This document shows positions 62,757 to 64,000 of a stretch of 64,000 bases of DNA, piece by piece (position 1 is the stretch's first letter; each line of letters begins with the position of its first letter). Location of the stretch: the NCBI GenBank assembly GCA_963692525.1, contig OY829953.1, forward strand, positions 2,539,604 through 2,603,603, read 5' to 3'. The notes beneath the pieces are model-generated. The model ran no database searches. It saw only the letters and a list, made by a program, of their open reading frames with translations, and had not been told where the DNA came from. A program made the position numbers and the translations under genes. Origin of the DNA: Opitutales bacterium. GTDB lineage: Bacteria; Verrucomicrobiota; Verrucomicrobiia; Opitutales; PNEW01.

Positions 62757-62899
62757 TAGATGCTAAAGTAATCTGAGGAATAGACGATATATTTCAATCT
62801 CAATTTTCGCCATCAATGTTTGATTTTTTTTATTTACAATACGGTCGAAGTTTCAGGCCGTTTATTTATAATTAACTCTTGAGTAAACGATAGTATCCC

Positions 62900-64000
62900 A
62901 TGCCTAAATATTCTCAAAATGCGCAGAAAATTCTGATTGATGGCGTGGTAAGCGAAGCCAGAAAAAAGGTAAATAAAAAAAATCTGGCAAAGGTTAAAGC
63001 GTATATTCACCACTATTACCGGTCAGTATCAGAAATAGATTTGCGAGACAAATCGCCCGCCGATCTGAGTGGAGCCGCACTTGCACATTTAAAGTTTTCT
63101 GAAAATCGGAAACCCAATCTTCCGAATGTCCGTATTTATAATCCTGAACGGAAAAAGGACGGTTGGGAATCGACGCATACGATTGTCGAAATGGTTAATG
63201 ATGATATGCCGTTTCTTGTCGATTCCCTGGGCATGGTCCTGAATAAACATGCGATATCTATTCATTTAACGATCCATCCAATATTTGAAGTTCGCAGGGA
63301 CAGTAGAGGGAAACTTAAAGAGGTAAAGACTGCGAGTGAGAATACTGATGGCGCGCGTTTAGAATCATTTCAACACATTGAGATAGATCGAGAAACGAAT
63401 CCAAAGCGAATCGCGCAATTGGAGAATGAAATTAAATCATCAATGGCAGACGTCAGGGCTTCGATTAGGGATTGGCGAGACATGATAGATCGCTCAAGCT
63501 CAATATGTCAGGATTTAGCGAGCAAACCACCCCCTCTCGAGCTTACCGAGGTCTCCGAAAGCAAAACCTTTCTCGAGTGGATGGGGGATGATAATTTTAC
63601 TTTTCTTGGCTATAAGGAATATCGGCTGAGAAGCTATGGGAAAAAGGTTGTATTTAATCCAGTCAAAGGATCGGGGCTTGGTATTCTTCGCGAGGATCAT
63701 AATAAGTTTTCAGATAGTGAAATTAGCTTGCCAGAAAACCTGCCAAATCGGGTGCATTCCAAAGAACTGCTTATCATAACTAAAGCTAACTCATTCGCTA
63801 CTGTTCATCGAAGAGTCTTTCTGGATTACATCGGGGTTAAGGTTTTTGATAAGAAAGGTAAGCTAGTTGGAGAAAAAAGATTTATCGGTCTCTTTACTTC
63901 GGTCGCTTACAACCGCAGCGCACTCGAAATACCGTTTATCCGTCACAAGGTGAAGCAGGTCAGGGAGCGCTCTCAACTCTATCCCTCAAGTCATGCGGCA
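62900..64000 (+). CDS. gdhB: NAD-specific glutamate dehydrogenase, large (~1600-aa) bacterial type, N-terminal 367 codons (3' end outside the window)
   Basis: Not in the ORF track because no stop occurs before the window end. My own translation from the ATG at 62900 is MPKYSQNAQKILIDGVV...WESTHTIVEMVNDDMPFLVDSLGMVL...ESFQHIEIDRE...FLEWMGDDNFTFLGYKEYRL...GSGLGILRED, matching the conserved N-terminal region of the large NAD-GDH family. Confidence 0.85.
   Translation, partial: MPKYSQNAQKILIDGVVSEARKKVNKKNLAKVKAYIHHYYRSVSEIDLRDKSPADLSGAALAHLKFSENRKPNLPNVRIYNPERKKDGWESTHTIVEMVNDDMPFLVDSLGMVLNKHAISIHLTIHPIFEVRRDSRGKLKEVKTASENTDGARLESFQHIEIDRETNPKRIAQLENEIKSSMADVRASIRDWRDMIDRSSSICQDLASKPPPLELTEVSESKTFLEWMGDDNFTFLGYKEYRLRSYGKKVVFNPVKGSGLGILREDHNKFSDSEISLPENLPNRVHSKELLIITKANSFATVHRRVFLDYIGVKVFDKKGKLVGEKRFIGLFTSVAYNRSALEIPFIRHKVKQVRERSQLYPSSHAA

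Noticed and set aside
63515-63700. 61-aa minus-strand ORF
   Set aside because: It lies antisense within the open-ended NAD-glutamate dehydrogenase reading frame, which has clear family motifs.

Overview
One contiguous stretch of a bacterial chromosome, moderately AT-rich by eye (not computed) and almost entirely core housekeeping genes. I saw no mobile elements, CRISPR arrays, prophage genes or rRNA. All calls rest on motifs read from the supplied translations and the raw sequence; no database search was possible.

Layout:
- 2-20415 (+): the 3' end of rpoC, then a complete str/S10/spc/alpha ribosomal-protein supercluster (rpsL-rpsG-fusA-rpsJ ... secY-map-rpsM-rpsK-rpsD-rpoA-rplQ). It lacks tuf, rpmD, adk, infA and rpmJ.
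- 20577-28459 (+): a tiny membrane zinc-ribbon ORF, guaA, a secreted LolA-like protein, hisD-hisC-hisB-hisH and gltA.
- 28611-30055: a YciB-like membrane protein and a stand-alone coaB, arranged head-to-head.
- 30113-38275 (+): a soluble PAS histidine kinase and a sigma-54 (NtrC-type) response regulator, followed by a GT-C-like membrane protein, an outer-membrane barrel gene broken by one in-frame TAA, a Wzz-type chain-length determinant and a BY-kinase ATPase. This looks like an exopolysaccharide export module.
- 38373-38448: tRNA-Gly(GCC).
- 38462-54181 (mostly -): an LbH protein, a Rieske-fusion protein, an IMPase/HisN-like phosphatase, a DEDDh exonuclease, gyrA, gyrB, an Rrf2 regulator, a RecO-like protein, DUF502, ybeY, a pgpH-like 7TM-HD protein, phoH and a HIT protein.
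- 54182-54781: a 600-bp gene-free strand switch.
- 54782-59974 (+): lptC-like, lptA, lptB and hprK, an AT-rich putative oriC, dnaA, and a translationally abutting unknown 164-aa ORF (no dnaN).
- 59982-64000: ligA (-), a VanZ-like gene (-), and the 5' part of a large NAD-glutamate dehydrogenase (+).

rpoC-rpsL-rpsG-fusA-rpsJ without tuf is the arrangement I know from Chlamydiae and other PVC-group bacteria, but the taxon cannot be established from this window.

I found no clear novel multi-gene system. The observations most worth a second look are:
- lineage-specific extensions on SecY (an extra C-terminal TM helix), S11 (a 61-aa acidic N-terminus) and L17 (a ~115-aa Lys-rich tail);
- near-absence of Shine-Dalgarno motifs;
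- the interrupted barrel gene in the EPS locus;
- the dnaA/oriC neighbourhood, including the dnaA-coupled HTH-like ORF and the head-on orientation of the ribosomal supercluster relative to this candidate origin.
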